A stretch of 64,000 bases of DNA from Neoconidiobolus thromboides FSU 785 (lineage: Eukaryota > Fungi > Entomophthoromycota), in NCBI GenBank assembly GCA_025603075.1, contig MU626266.1, forward strand, positions 1-64,000, read 5' to 3'. The notes under the pieces were generated by a model, which was not told the DNA's origin, searched no databases, and saw only the letters and a program-made list of their open reading frames with translations. The position numbers and the translations under genes were made by a program. This document shows positions 38,572-51,121 of the stretch, in pieces (position 1 is the stretch's first letter; the number at the start of each line of letters is the position of its first letter).

Positions 38572-40494
38572 TTAGTTTTTTAAATTCTCGCTGCTAATTT
38601 TCTTCTGTTTATCTCTTTTTAAAAACTGCAAATACCATTCATCAAATAATGAAAAATTAATATAATTAAAACAATAGGCATATTGAATTACGTTTTGATG
38701 GTAGCAATTAATCAAAGGTACAACTAATATTTGTAAATTTAATTTAATAAAATTTAACTTTTTACATTGAAATAATACACGAATGCTATGAAATAGTGCT
38801 ATAGTTATAGACCAATCAAAGGTTTCTAAATAATTATTGGAGTAGCTAATGGTAGGAGTAATGTTGGAGATAGGAATATCAGCGTTGCCAAATATTGATT
38901 GAATTAAATTTAATGCGGAAGATAAATAATGGTATTTATAAAATTCTAAATTAATATTCGTCATATTGTTAATAATAAAAGTTTCTAATAAAAAATCCAT
39001 TAAATAAATTATTATGATGTTTTTAATTAACAAACAACCAACCAGTTGATTTTTATAGATATGATTTTTATGATTAGTTATTGATAACTCTATGTCATTA
39101 AACAAGTTGAAATTTTTATCTAATAAATTATTTGTTTCCAATTCATATTGTTGTAGTGCCAATTGTTTTAATCTATATTTTTGATTTAGTTGATTTGTTT
39201 CTTTTAATAAATATAATCCATTTAACAATTTGAAATTTAATAACATTTGATTAAACATCACCTCCTGCTCATCTAAAAGTTCCAAACCCTTCCTATATTC
39301 TAGAATAATCTCTTGATTTTCATTATTCAGATTGATATTCCTTTGAACTGGTAAATATAAAACAAACCCAAACTCAAATTCAAATATAATTAAAGTATCA
39401 TACAATAATTTCATTTCGATTAATAACTCAAAACTTATTAAAGTAGAAGAAATATAACCTTTCAGTTCATCTAATTTTAATATTTGTATTAATTTATAAC
39501 ATATTATTAATCTTAGTTTTGATTCTGTTATGAGACCTTGAGAATGTTCGATATAGCTTAACAATAAGTTAGTTTGTAAATAAGCTAAGTTTTGATTCAA
39601 CTTATAAATATCCTTATCGTTATCTTTGAAACTAAATAAATTATCCAATGTAATTGTGTTTTCTATTTTCATTCTATTTTTAATAATCATATATAACGGA
39701 TCTTTTTTTAATAAAATATATTCTTTCGCTTGTCTATTAATACACACTTGACTTGATTGAATATCCCATTTTATATATCCTTGTCCTAGGATTATTCATA
39801 TAAATAATACATATAAAATAAAATAAAAATAATTCTTACCTCGAAAATAAATAAATTGTAAATGTCTAAGAACTTTCAATAAAATCACTGTTAACAAAAT
39901 TGAATTATGTCCTTCTACTTTGTTTTCTTTTCTCATTTCAAATTCAATCCTATGTCTTGTTATAAATGGATAAAATGACAAATGATGATTTAAAAATAGT
40001 TCAAATAATACACTTTTCAATGTCTTATGGTTCATTTTTTTAGTCAACCTCATCTCATAACTTTGTATTCTTTTTAGAATATTTATTATGAGTGGTTGGT
40101 TAAAACTCAACATAGCTTCTTTTATATATTCATCTAATAAATCCTTAATATTTTTCTTTTTTATTGCTTTTACAGTGAAATTCCATTCTTTCCTGACTCC
40201 CCTTTCTTTCTTATATCCATCATCAATTATATATGTCTCTTTAGGTCCATTATTCCTCTTTCTTCTCCTCTCTCTTATCAACAATCCAGTCATCCATTCC
40301 AGCATATTCATTCTTTTCACCATTTTCGCTATTTTAATACTATCATTCCAACTTTCTTGCCTTTTTAACATTAATGCTTCTTCCTTAGTGTTATAACTAC
40401 AAATCAAATCATTTTTATTACAGCGACCACATATTGGGTGTTCTCTTGTACATTTTTTTTTAGATAATCGACATGAAACACAGGTTTTGATCAT
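38572..40494 (-). CDS. Zn(II)2Cys6 transcription factor (paralog B), 2 exons
   Basis: CVSCRLSKKKCTREHPICGRCNKNDLIC. It shares FYPFIT, LLTVI.LKVLRH and DW.I..A.FH with paralog A, and the intron sits after the same R-G position. Confidence 0.88.
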
Positions 40495-41086
40495 TTGTAA
40501 ATAAAGATAAAGTAAATTGAGTATATGTATCTGAAGTTGGTTGTTGTAAAAATGAAATTATTATGTATTTAAGTTCGGTTATTTTGTATGTGAGTTGCTT
40601 TGTTGTATGCTGTTCAAGTGAGAAAAATTACAATTTAATTAAGGATAATAATAAAAATAAAAGAGCGATTATTGACATCAACTTTTTTTTGAAGCCCTAT
40701 TTCATATTTTGGGTTGAATTTAAATGCTTTGGAATAAAAGATGTAAGAAATGACAATATTAATTTTTTATAGCATAAGCGCTAAAAGTATACAACTACAC
40801 CAACAAATAGGATTTAAAACATCTTGCTTTTTATGACTAAAAAACAAAAACAAGTTTATTATAATATATGTAATAAAATTCAGAAAAAAGAATTAAAATA
40901 TCAAAAAGCTCTTTTTGTACTATGTATTAGATTGATGTATATGAAAAACATAATAATAATTATAATTCCTACTTATAACTACCAAATAGAAACATCGAGT
41001 ATAAAAATAATATTCTACAATTAAAAGTAAAAGTTTTTATAACAAATTTAAATAAAAACTCTAGATCAATTGTATATAAATTCCGA

Positions 41087-41189
41087 ATATGGAGATGTAT
41101 TTTGTACTTAAGAATTTTACTAACAATTTTTTGATCAAATAGCGCTTAAAAAATGGAAAAGTTAATAATCGAAAAAAACATCCCCATAT
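41087..41189 (-). mobile_element. MITE copy 20 (the only copy in the right half)
   Basis: ATATGGAGATGT...AAATAGCGCTTAAAAAATGG...ACATCCCCATAT. Confidence 0.9.
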
Positions 41190-43112
41190 ACTAAATTTTA
41201 ATATTAAAATTATTAAGATAAAAATAAAATAAGATAAAATAAAAAATAATAAAACAATGTTAGTAGAATAGATAAGTTTAGAATTAATAAAAGTACATTA
41301 ATTTATTTATTTTTGAATGTATTATTTAAGATTTTATTTATATATAATATAATAAAAAATGAAGTTTAAAATGAAGTGAAAATTGTAAATCAATATTATT
41401 ATATAAGATTTTATCATGAATTATTAAATAAATATATTGACTAATTTAAATTAACTAAATTGAAACAATTAATACTACAATAATATAAATTAAAAACAAA
41501 CAAAATAATTAATAATAAGTATTATATAAATCAAGTATTTGGATTGATATTGATTAGAAATGTTATAACAGTCTATTTAATGAGTTTGATATTAAACAGT
41601 TTTATAATAAATCAAATATTAACTTATTTTTTTATTAGTGTTGTTACTTATTTTCAACATTGAATTTAATTCAACCAACTTTTAATAGCAATGTTATTCC
41701 TATCTCTAACATTAGAGTTATCTTTGTACTCTTAAGTTATACCAATTTATTAAAACCTTTTGATTAGTCTATTACCATAGTCTTATTTTATATTATCCAT
41801 GTTTCGTTTGAATGTCGAAAATATTCATTTACTAAATTAAATATTTAAAATTTAATTTTATTATTAGCTCATATGTATTGTAAAATGCAATTTAATGACT
41901 CTATTGTTGTAATTATGGTGATTTTTCATTTTTTAATAAATGATATTATGAATTTTTCAATAAGAAGGAAAAAGAAAAAAGATGAAAGACAAAATTGAGA
42001 AATACTAAAAGTTCGACTTTTAAAAAGTGTTTTGATTGGTTGTTAGTGAAGTGTAAATGTTTACTAGCATTTATTGAAGCTCTATTTATAGTGTAAGCTT
42101 TTCTTTCTTTATTGTCATTTATTGTTTTGCCTTTAATGGAATATTCAAAGTGGAACTTACTTAGAGGCAAGCGCATAAACTTCTGTCAATATCAATAATT
42201 AAATTACCTACTTTTTGAAGTTTAATGCTATAATTTAATAAGATTTAATAAATAAATGTATTGTAGTGAATGATGTAAAGACTAACGTAAGTTATTACTA
42301 ACACGAATGACGTATATATTAAATATGAAGATAATATATAATAGATTAATTCATTTTATACTCATAAAAAGGATATAAAAAATTAGATTACTTCCTTTGG
42401 AACCTTTTATCATTGAAAGTTTTTTCATTTATTTTCTAAAGCTGTCTTTAAACCATAGTTACATTAATTTAGCTCTTAGTTCAAAATATAGCTTTTACCT
42501 TACACTTAATTAAAGAGGTTTCGAAGCTTTTGATTATCATTAATCAAGTATCAAAATTACCTTACTCTACCTTAGGTCAACCTATTACTTAGTACATCAC
42601 TTTCACTCGGTTTAAGAACTTCAAAGCTTACGGCTTTCATTTTTGGATCTGCCAACTTTAGAATGAATATTAACATTGTTGAATGAAAACATTACTACAT
42701 AAAATTCAGAAAAAAACATTCAATTAGTTGGTTGTTACAACTACTATAATTATGTTGACCTAGATTACAGTGTTTTTTAGAGCTAGTTATTTATTATTCT
42801 TTTTTTCAAAGCCTAATCATTAATTTAGCCTGATTTTAAGAGTTTATAGATAAACAGTTCATTGGGTTATAGTAGTGTTCAAAGTAAACTTGACTTGTTA
42901 TTTGAGTTCAAGGATTTTATTGGCCTGACTGGAGAATATTCAATTTCTCAAAACTAGATTTCAATACGAAATAAGAACACAAGAACAAGTATTATTAACC
43001 TTTACCCAATGATATTTTAATAGTTACAATAGAAAAGAGTATAATTTGTAATAATTCTATTTATACAGAGCACTTTTTTTCTTTTTTTTTCGATTTTGAA
43101 TTGACTTCAATA

Positions 43113-44513
43113 ATGCTAATCTTTTATTTAACCTTACTATTCTTCTTCAACCGATATCTAACACAAACCATCCCAAAACTCTCTGGTGGTAATTGTATGT
43201 TAATAGAAGATAAAATTTATTATTTAGGTGGTTCTATACAAGACAATGACAATAAACCAACACCAAATAAAAATGTTTATATGTTAAATTTAGCAGATGA
43301 GAATTTTATGATTAATAATAATCAAGCCAAATGGATTAAAATAAATAATAATGGGCCGCCTTCAATGTATGGTAATATCGTACAATCTAGTAATCATTCC
43401 AAGGAAATTTATATGATTGGGGGGGAAGGTTCTAATATTTCTCAAGGTTTTCAAGTATATAATATAGATACTAATAAATGGAATACTGATGAAGTAGCAT
43501 CTAAAGGGTTATCCGATATTCTTAAGAAGGAATTAAATACTGTTTTACCATTAACGAATACTTATACTATTAAAGTTGATAATAAAAATATCTTTTATTT
43601 TGGTGGCAAATATACAAATAAAGATAAAAAATTGGCATATAATGAAAAGATATTTTATTATAATATCGATCGAGGTACTTGGGAAGTGGAAAAATCAAGT
43701 TATAAAACAAGTATTGATGGAGGCATATTTTATTTAAAACTAGCTATATCTAATTTTGGGGGCAAAACAAGTGATAATAAATATCAAGATAATAAAAGTT
43801 ATAATGCTTGGTTAATAGATACTAAGAGTAGTAATATTAATACTATTGGTGGCAATAATTCTATACCAACTATATCTAAATTTTCTACAGTTACTGATAA
43901 TAATAATGAATTTGCTTATATTTTAGGAGGGACTGATAATAAAAATGGAAATTCAATTTATAAATTGATGACTTCAACTATTAAAGTAGATGAGCCATTT
44001 GAGGTAGAAGGATTAGAAAGTTATGATAATGGTTGTTTAGTCTATTATCAAGATTATTTAATTTATTCCTTTGGTAGCAAAAATAATAAATATTCTGATA
44101 AAACTCAATTGATTCAACTAAATGAAAAAAAATTAAGTGATAAACTAAACAAAAAGACAACACCAGCAGAAGAAGATGAGAGGGATAAAGGGGACAATGG
44201 GACAGCTATGAATATAGGAGCAGTTGTAGGAGGATCCGTTGGTGGCTTTATAGTAATTGTAGTTATCTTTGGAAGCATATTTTATTTTTATTTTAAAAAG
44301 AATAAAAAGAAGAAACAAGAAGAATTGAAACCACCTGAATATATTAAAGAAGTTGTTTGGGCTGGTCAAAATAATCGTCAGATTGAAATTGAATTTGTTG
44401 ATTCTTTTGGTACTCAAGTTACATATATTGATGATGATGTGACTGATCCTGAAAATGTACCTTATTTTTTAACTGAAAGCGATTGCCTTATTGGTGTTAA
44501 GGTTAATAAGTAG
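43113..44513 (+). CDS. Type I membrane kelch-repeat protein
   Basis: Probable ATG at 43113; signal peptide, kelch repeats, TM IGAVVGGSVGGFIVIVVIFGSIFYFYF, KKNKKKK stop-transfer and an acidic tail. Confidence 0.85.
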   Translation: MLIFYLTLLFFFNRYLTQTIPKLSGGNCMLIEDKIYYLGGSIQDNDNKPTPNKNVYMLNLADENFMINNNQAKWIKINNNGPPSMYGNIVQSSNHSKEIYMIGGEGSNISQGFQVYNIDTNKWNTDEVASKGLSDILKKELNTVLPLTNTYTIKVDNKNIFYFGGKYTNKDKKLAYNEKIFYYNIDRGTWEVEKSSYKTSIDGGIFYLKLAISNFGGKTSDNKYQDNKSYNAWLIDTKSSNINTIGGNNSIPTISKFSTVTDNNNEFAYILGGTDNKNGNSIYKLMTSTIKVDEPFEVEGLESYDNGCLVYYQDYLIYSFGSKNNKYSDKTQLIQLNEKKLSDKLNKKTTPAEEDERDKGDNGTAMNIGAVVGGSVGGFIVIVVIFGSIFYFYFKKNKKKKQEELKPPEYIKEVVWAGQNNRQIEIEFVDSFGTQVTYIDDDVTDPENVPYFLTESDCLIGVKVNK

Positions 44514-45151
44514 TCTTACTACTATTCCAGTTTCTCTCCTTTTGAATTTTAATTAATAAAGTTGAATTTTGGTTTTTTTTTTGTGTTTTTTTTTTAAAAC
44601 TACTTAGTAGATCAAAAGGATAATAATATGTTCATTTCTATATATAATATATATATTCATCTTAATAACAATACGATATAATATAATATAAAACTCGAAT
44701 TGATAATAATAGATTAGTGATTAATTTAAAAGGTACTAAAATATAAACTTTAGTAATAAAAGAATATTAACTCATTGTTTATTAATATCATTTAAGAAAA
44801 GTATATAATTTCAAGCATTTTGCTACAAAGTAGAAATATAATAAACTCACATCATTTAACAAAAGGAATTGAGATTTTAATTTTAGAATATTGAACGTTA
44901 ATGGAATAATTAAGATATAATGAGCTCTTCTAAAAGGATGAATTAAAGATATCACCAACTTTCATTTCAATTTAGTATTCAAAATCAAACTTTTTAAAGC
45001 AATCATCTTATTGGTTCCAAATCTAAATAGAATTATTTTTTCCAATCAAAAAAAGTTAGCTAAACTAAATCTATTTAATTAATCTTTTCCATCTCTTTTT
45101 CAACATAAAAAAAAGTTATTTCAATTTTGTATTACTAAAAACATATCACAT

Positions 45152-46109
45152 ATGTCCACATTTGAAGAACAATTATTATTTCCAGGGGACAAAGTATCTT
45201 TCAAACAATTATTAGATATTGAAGGTGGGGAAATCGTATCTGAAGAACCTATCAATATCAAATTAGGCCCAGGTTTAATTCAAGTTGAAGAATCTATTGT
45301 AGCTACTAGTTGTGGTATTTTGAAAAAAAATAAAAATAAACATCAATATTGGTTGGAATTTAATTCAAAAAGAGTAAGTGAAATGATGTTATTTTTTTAA
45401 ATTTAATAAATTAAGATAGAATTCAATTTTTTTACTATTAGTATATCCCATCTACAGGAGATTCGGTACTTGGGGTAGTGACTAAGAAACTTGGTGAAGG
45501 TTATGTAATTGATATAGGTAGTGCTCAAAGATGTAATTTATCTGGTAATGCATTTGAAGGTGCAACAAAAAAAACAAGACCTAATTTAAAGGTAAAGAAT
45601 TAATTGAGAATAATTTTTAATTGATAAAAAAGTTTTTGATTAATTTGTTATTTAGGTAGGTACTTTATTATATGGTAAAATAGTATTGGCTCATAAAGAT
45701 ATGGAACCTGAAATGGAATGTTATAATTCGTTTACTAATAAAGCAGAAGGGTTTGGAGAATTAAAAGATGGATTCGCGTTTAATTGTTCTATTGGTCTTT
45801 GTAGAAGGTAATCAAACTATTTTGTTAACTTATTTTCTTTTATTGATCATAAATATAATATTATATATTATATATTATATATTATATATTATATACTATT
45901 TATATAGATTATTAAATCCTAAGAATAAACTATTAAATTTAATTGGTAATACAATACCATTTGAAATCTGTATTGGGCTAAATGGTTGTATCTGGATTAA
46001 TACAGAAAAAGAAGAAACTAGTATTGGACTAAAAAATATATTATTAGAGGCTGAAGATATTGAAGATGATGATGAAGATAGGATGATCAAATTAATAGAA
46101 GAATTATAA
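45152..46109 (+). CDS. RRP40: Exosome complex cap subunit Rrp40, 4 exons
   Basis: Spliced IKLGPGL, KRYIPSTGDSVLGVV, FEGATKKTRPNLKVG, EGFGELKDG, PFEICIGLNGCIWIN. Confidence 0.95.
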
Positions 46110-46976
46110 AAATAAAAAATAGTTATATAGTTTATTATTAAAATTAAGTTAATCTATTATTTATAGTTTAGTATATAACATAATGAAAAACGAATTTAGA
46201 AAAGTATAGGAAGATTTAAAAGCAGATCGGATATCTTAGATTGATACTCTTAAAATAATTAAATATTAAGATTGATTTTATATCTTTATAATTTGATGTT
46301 TTAAGTCTTACTATTTTCATCACTAAAAGTTCTAATTAAGTCAATTAAAAAATTATTATTATACTATTATTATATACTTTGAACTTTTTAAAATGATAGT
46401 TTAATATTTAAATAAATTTGAATTATTTTATAGTTGATAAAAATCTTTTTTGATTAGAAGAATTTCACTAATTATTTTTCTATTTAATATTACTTATAAA
46501 ATAAACAATTAAATAAAATTGAAAAAATAAAATATTATATAATATTATAAATTTAAGGTTATTTCTCAGATATTATATTAAAATAATGAATATTTTAATG
46601 AAATTCAATTATTTATATTTAAATCGGAGTTAATTTTGAATCATATTAATAACAATGTCAATTATTAATACAAATTTAATTAATCACAAAGTAAATAAGA
46701 TAAATTCCAATGTTAAAAAAGAATTTAATAAATTAAATAATAAGAAAGAATTTTCAATTATTTTGATAATTGTATTAGAATAATAATTCATTTAATAAAT
46801 TTTTATAATATAGTCAATTATCTAATTTATCTATTTATCAGATTAAACAACTAAAATAAAAGTTTATTATTATGATAAATAAGATGAATAAGATAAACAA
46901 TTAAATAAAATGATGAAATTTAAAACTCAATTTATTTTTTTAATTTATTTTTTTAATTTATTTTTTTAAACTCTTA

Positions 46977-47876
46977 ATGGATGAACAACTAAAATTAGAT
47001 ATTTTAACATATACAGGAAATATATTCTCTCTTCTATTTTTACTTATTAGCTTTATATTATTTCTTGTAATTTACATTTATAACAAAAAGATTAACACAT
47101 CTATACTTTATAGAATAACATTAATTATTTTATTTGGTGATTTTTGTTATAATGTCAATTACTTAATTAAAAGAAATATTAATATTCATAACATTAACAC
47201 TTGTTTATTTCAAGAATGGTTTAGTACTTTTAGTATCTCAATATCTATGTTTTATGCCTTATCAATAGCTGTCTTATCTTTATTCAATATTCTACATTCT
47301 TATAAGCCAACATTGAAGGTTCGATTATTAGTTTATTTAATGCCTTTATTGTTATCTATAATAATAAGTTGTATTCAATTGATTTATAATAAGATGAAAT
47401 TAAGTTCTGGAGAATGTATTAGTAATTTAAGAAATTTAGAAATTGTAGATAATTTAGTTATTAAATTTCTATCTGTATGTCTTACTATTTTAATCGGTCC
47501 AATCGTTTATTCAATTATTCTTATTTATTTAATATATAAACGAAAGCAACTTCAACAATTGAGTGGAAGTAAGGAGAATAGTTTATCTACTTTAAGTTAT
47601 AAATTATTTTTTCGTTTGATTGCTTATCCCTTAATACCGATTATTTGTTATTCTTTTTATTTTGTTTGTTTATATTTGAAATATAATAATGTAAATAATG
47701 AGATTACAATGATTATTAGACTTATCTCCTCTTTTTTAATGCAATTCCAAGGTTGTTTAAATTCATTATTGTTCCTTACAAATACTATCTTTTTAAACGA
47801 GTTCAAAAATTGGTATAAAAAAAGGAAACTTAGAAGTTACGACGGTTCTAATCTTTTAATATTGAATAAATATTAA
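46977..47876 (+). CDS. 7TM GPCR-like protein (cAMP-receptor/Git3-like)
   Basis: About seven hydrophobic helices; CLFQEWFSTFSISIS, RLIAYPLIP, QGCLNSLLFLTN. Confidence 0.75.
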   Translation: MDEQLKLDILTYTGNIFSLLFLLISFILFLVIYIYNKKINTSILYRITLIILFGDFCYNVNYLIKRNINIHNINTCLFQEWFSTFSISISMFYALSIAVLSLFNILHSYKPTLKVRLLVYLMPLLLSIIISCIQLIYNKMKLSSGECISNLRNLEIVDNLVIKFLSVCLTILIGPIVYSIILIYLIYKRKQLQQLSGSKENSLSTLSYKLFFRLIAYPLIPIICYSFYFVCLYLKYNNVNNEITMIIRLISSFLMQFQGCLNSLLFLTNTIFLNEFKNWYKKRKLRSYDGSNLLILNKY

Positions 47877-48330
47877 TGTTATTATTGTTAGGTTTTTTTT
47901 GTAGCAATTTTTAGATACTTTTAGATTCCAAATCATTTAAAAATTAATTATAATTTCTTGCTTAAAATAAATAGATTGGTTATCGGTTACATCAGAGCTA
48001 CTTTTTATCTTGAAAATTAAACTTATTTATTCTATTAAAATACTTTGATATTGCAATTATCTACCGCTACGATTTGAATCTACTCAATATTATTGCTTTT
48101 AAAATGCTTTTGAAATGACCTTACATAAATTTAAAAATTTAAATTAAAACCAAATATTAAATATTAATAATATTTCAAGTTGGAACTAGTAAATGGTAAT
48201 GTCAATATTAAATCAACTTTATAACTCAAATACAACATTATTCAACTTGTTTTGCATAATCGTAAAAATGATATCCTTCATAGTTGAACTTAATAAAACA
48301 ATTTAGCTTTAATAATCAAATAAATCCTTT

Positions 48331-48346
48331 GATCGAGATCGATCTC
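48331..48346. promoter_or_regulatory. Candidate White-Collar-type light-response element (GATCGA repeat)
   Basis: GATCGAGATCGATCTC lies about 100 bp upstream of the photolyase ATG and upstream of TATAAAAG at 48387. Confidence 0.45.
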
Positions 48347-48437
48347 AACAATTTCGATTTTAGGATGACATAATAAAAGGGAACATTATAAAAGGAGACC
48401 TAATTCTTATTAACATCAACACATTTTTAATTTCAAA

Positions 48438-50070
48438 ATGAAAGATAAAAGTAATAGTAATACGAATGGTAGTCTTAATGGTCACGGTAATAAAAAAACA
48501 AAACTTGATTGTAAAAATGTATTATTTTGGTATCGAACAGATATGCGAACCTTAGATAATCGAGCATTGGAGGGAGCTGTTACTGCAGTTGAACAATATC
48601 AAAAAGATGGACATCAAAGTAGTTTAATTTGTTTATTTATTGCAAGTATAGATGAATGGAAAGATCATGATTGTAGTTTAATTAAAATAGATTTTTTCTT
48701 AAGAAATATAAGAGATCTTCAAATAAAATTAAGAGAGTACAATATTCCATTGATTTTTAAACAAAATAATCAAAGAGAAGAGATACCAAATTTAATACTT
48801 GAATTATGTAATAAGTATAATATTGAGAAGTTATTTTTTAATATTGAATATGAAGTTAATGAGAGGAAAAGAGATAAAAAAGTAAGCGAATTATTGAATG
48901 GTAATAATATCCAAGTTATTCAACGACATGATCAATGTGGTATACCACCTGGTGAAGTAGTAGCCAAATCAACAAATCAACCATATACTGTTTATACACC
49001 CTTTAAAAATACATGGAATATAATAGCCAGTCGGGGGGAACATCTAAAAATATCAAAATATAATTTAAGTGAAATTAATAATAATAATGAAAAAGATAGT
49101 TATTCAGAATTATTTGATATTGAAATACCAAAATATATTGAAGAATTTAAATTAAGTGATGAAATGATTGAATTAATTAATAAATTATATCCAAGTGGAG
49201 AAGTTGAAGCAAATAAAAGACTAGATGAATTTGTTTTAAAACGTAGTAAAGATTATAAAGTGAATAGAGATATTCCCTCCTTAAGTGGTACTAGTATATT
49301 ATCTCCCTATTTAACTAGTGGTGTTATATCAGTTAGACAATGTATTAATAAAGCAATTGATAATAATATTGACAAGTTGACAACTGGAAATCTTGGAATA
49401 ACAACTTGGATTTCAGAACTTATTTGGCGTGATTTTTATCGACATGTATTAGTAGCTTATCCAAGAGTAAGTAAAAACCAACCCTTCAAATTAGAAGCTA
49501 AAGATATCGCATGGGAAGATAATGAAGATAATTTTAAAGCTTGGTGTGAAGGAAAAACTGGGTATCCTATAGTAGATGCAGGTATGAGACAATTAAATTC
49601 AATTGGTTGGATGCATAATCGATTACGTATGATAACGGCCATGTTTTTAAGTAAGGATTTATTGATTGATTGGCGTAAAGGGGAACAGTATTTTATGCAA
49701 AATTTAATTGATGGCGATTTAGCTTCTAATAATGGTGGTTGGCAATGGTCAGCATCAACTGGTACCGATGCTCAACCGTATTTTAGAGTGTTTAATCCAA
49801 AGTTACAATCTGAAAAAGTGGATCCAACAGGAGAATATATTAAAAAATGGGTACCTGAATTGAAACATTTGGATGGTAAAAGTATACATGATCCATTTGA
49901 AACGTTACCGAAGGACAAATTTGAGAAGTTAAAGTAAGTTTATTTTATTTTCATTGATATATAAAATTAAGATAGTTTTTTTTAGTTATCCCAAACCTAT
50001 TGTAAATCATGCTAAAGCTCGAATTAAAGCTATTGAAGTATATAAAATAGTAATGAAGAAATCTAAGTAA
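48438..50070 (+). CDS. PHR1: Class I CPD photolyase, 2 exons
   Basis: WYRTDMRTLDN, TSILSPYL, ELIWRDFY, TGYPIVDAGMRQL...GWMHNRLRM, DGDLASNNGGWQWSASTG. The last exon encodes YPKPIVNHAKAR. Confidence 0.95.
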
Positions 50071-51121
50071 ATCTAATAAATAAAATATATATATTCGCAA
50101 TATAATCATTGTCATTTAGTTTATTATTTATTACTTCTAAAAATTATCAAAGAACAAGTAAATACAATATTTTTAACTTATGACGGTTATAACAAAATAA
50201 ATAAATAAATTAAAGTAATGATTTTCAATAACAATTCTCAACAAATGTAAACAAAATTAAGAACCTTATTATGATTTTAAAATTTACTCATATTTGTTGA
50301 AAATTATTACTTCGGTTTGTTTATTTCTTTTTCTTAGTATAGTCATGATAAATTAGAAATTTTGTATATTTATCTTTATTATATTAGATTTAAAAATAGT
50401 ATTGATCTTACACCTTGTAATATTATTAATTTTAATTAATTGTATATTGAATGATTTCATCATGTTGAATAAGTAATATTAAAATAAGGCTAATTAATAG
50501 CTTAATCGCAATTTCGCTTTTATACCTTAAAATTTAATTTCTTGTCTAAATTTAGTAAATAAATTATTATTTTGCAGAGATAATAATTTAAATGAGATTT
50601 CAATAACTTCAGTATAATCAAATGATATTAATAGTTATAACAAAACAAATAGATACTATGACAAAGAATCAAAGAAATATTATTTTTTTAATATTTAATG
50701 TCTTCATCAAATTAAACTACTTTTTATTATTATTATTATAAATATTACTAAAAATCTAAAATTTACTCTCGTATTTTTAAATAAAAATAATTAATAAATA
50801 CTAAATATAAACTAAGTAGAACATTTATTTTTTATAATTGATTACCGATATAAACAAAAATATAAAAGTTAATTTTATATATAATTATTTAATTTTTAAA
50901 GTTGAAAGCAGCAGTTAAATACAAAAACTAAAAATATCAAAGTATTAAAATGGCAATAATTTTAAAAATTCCAATAAAAATTAATAAATCTTAATTAATT
51001 AAAATTCATAAAACTAAATAATAAAAATAAGGAAATCAAAAAAATCAAAAAAATCATAGATTTCTTTTAATGTTTAGTTAATTTCTTAAATCTCATTCTC
51101 TTTTCATTTTAATATTAATTA

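Noticed and set aside
4248-41189. The 105-bp repeat as a CRISPR array or bacterial REP/BIME
   Set aside because: Copies are dispersed at irregular distances in both orientations, there are no uniform spacers or cas genes, and the DNA is intron-rich and eukaryotic.
45860-45905. (TTATATA)n tract and similar A/T tandem repeats (27621, 41215, 46930, 51030)
   Set aside because: Ordinary low-complexity slippage repeats in introns or intergenic AT-rich DNA.
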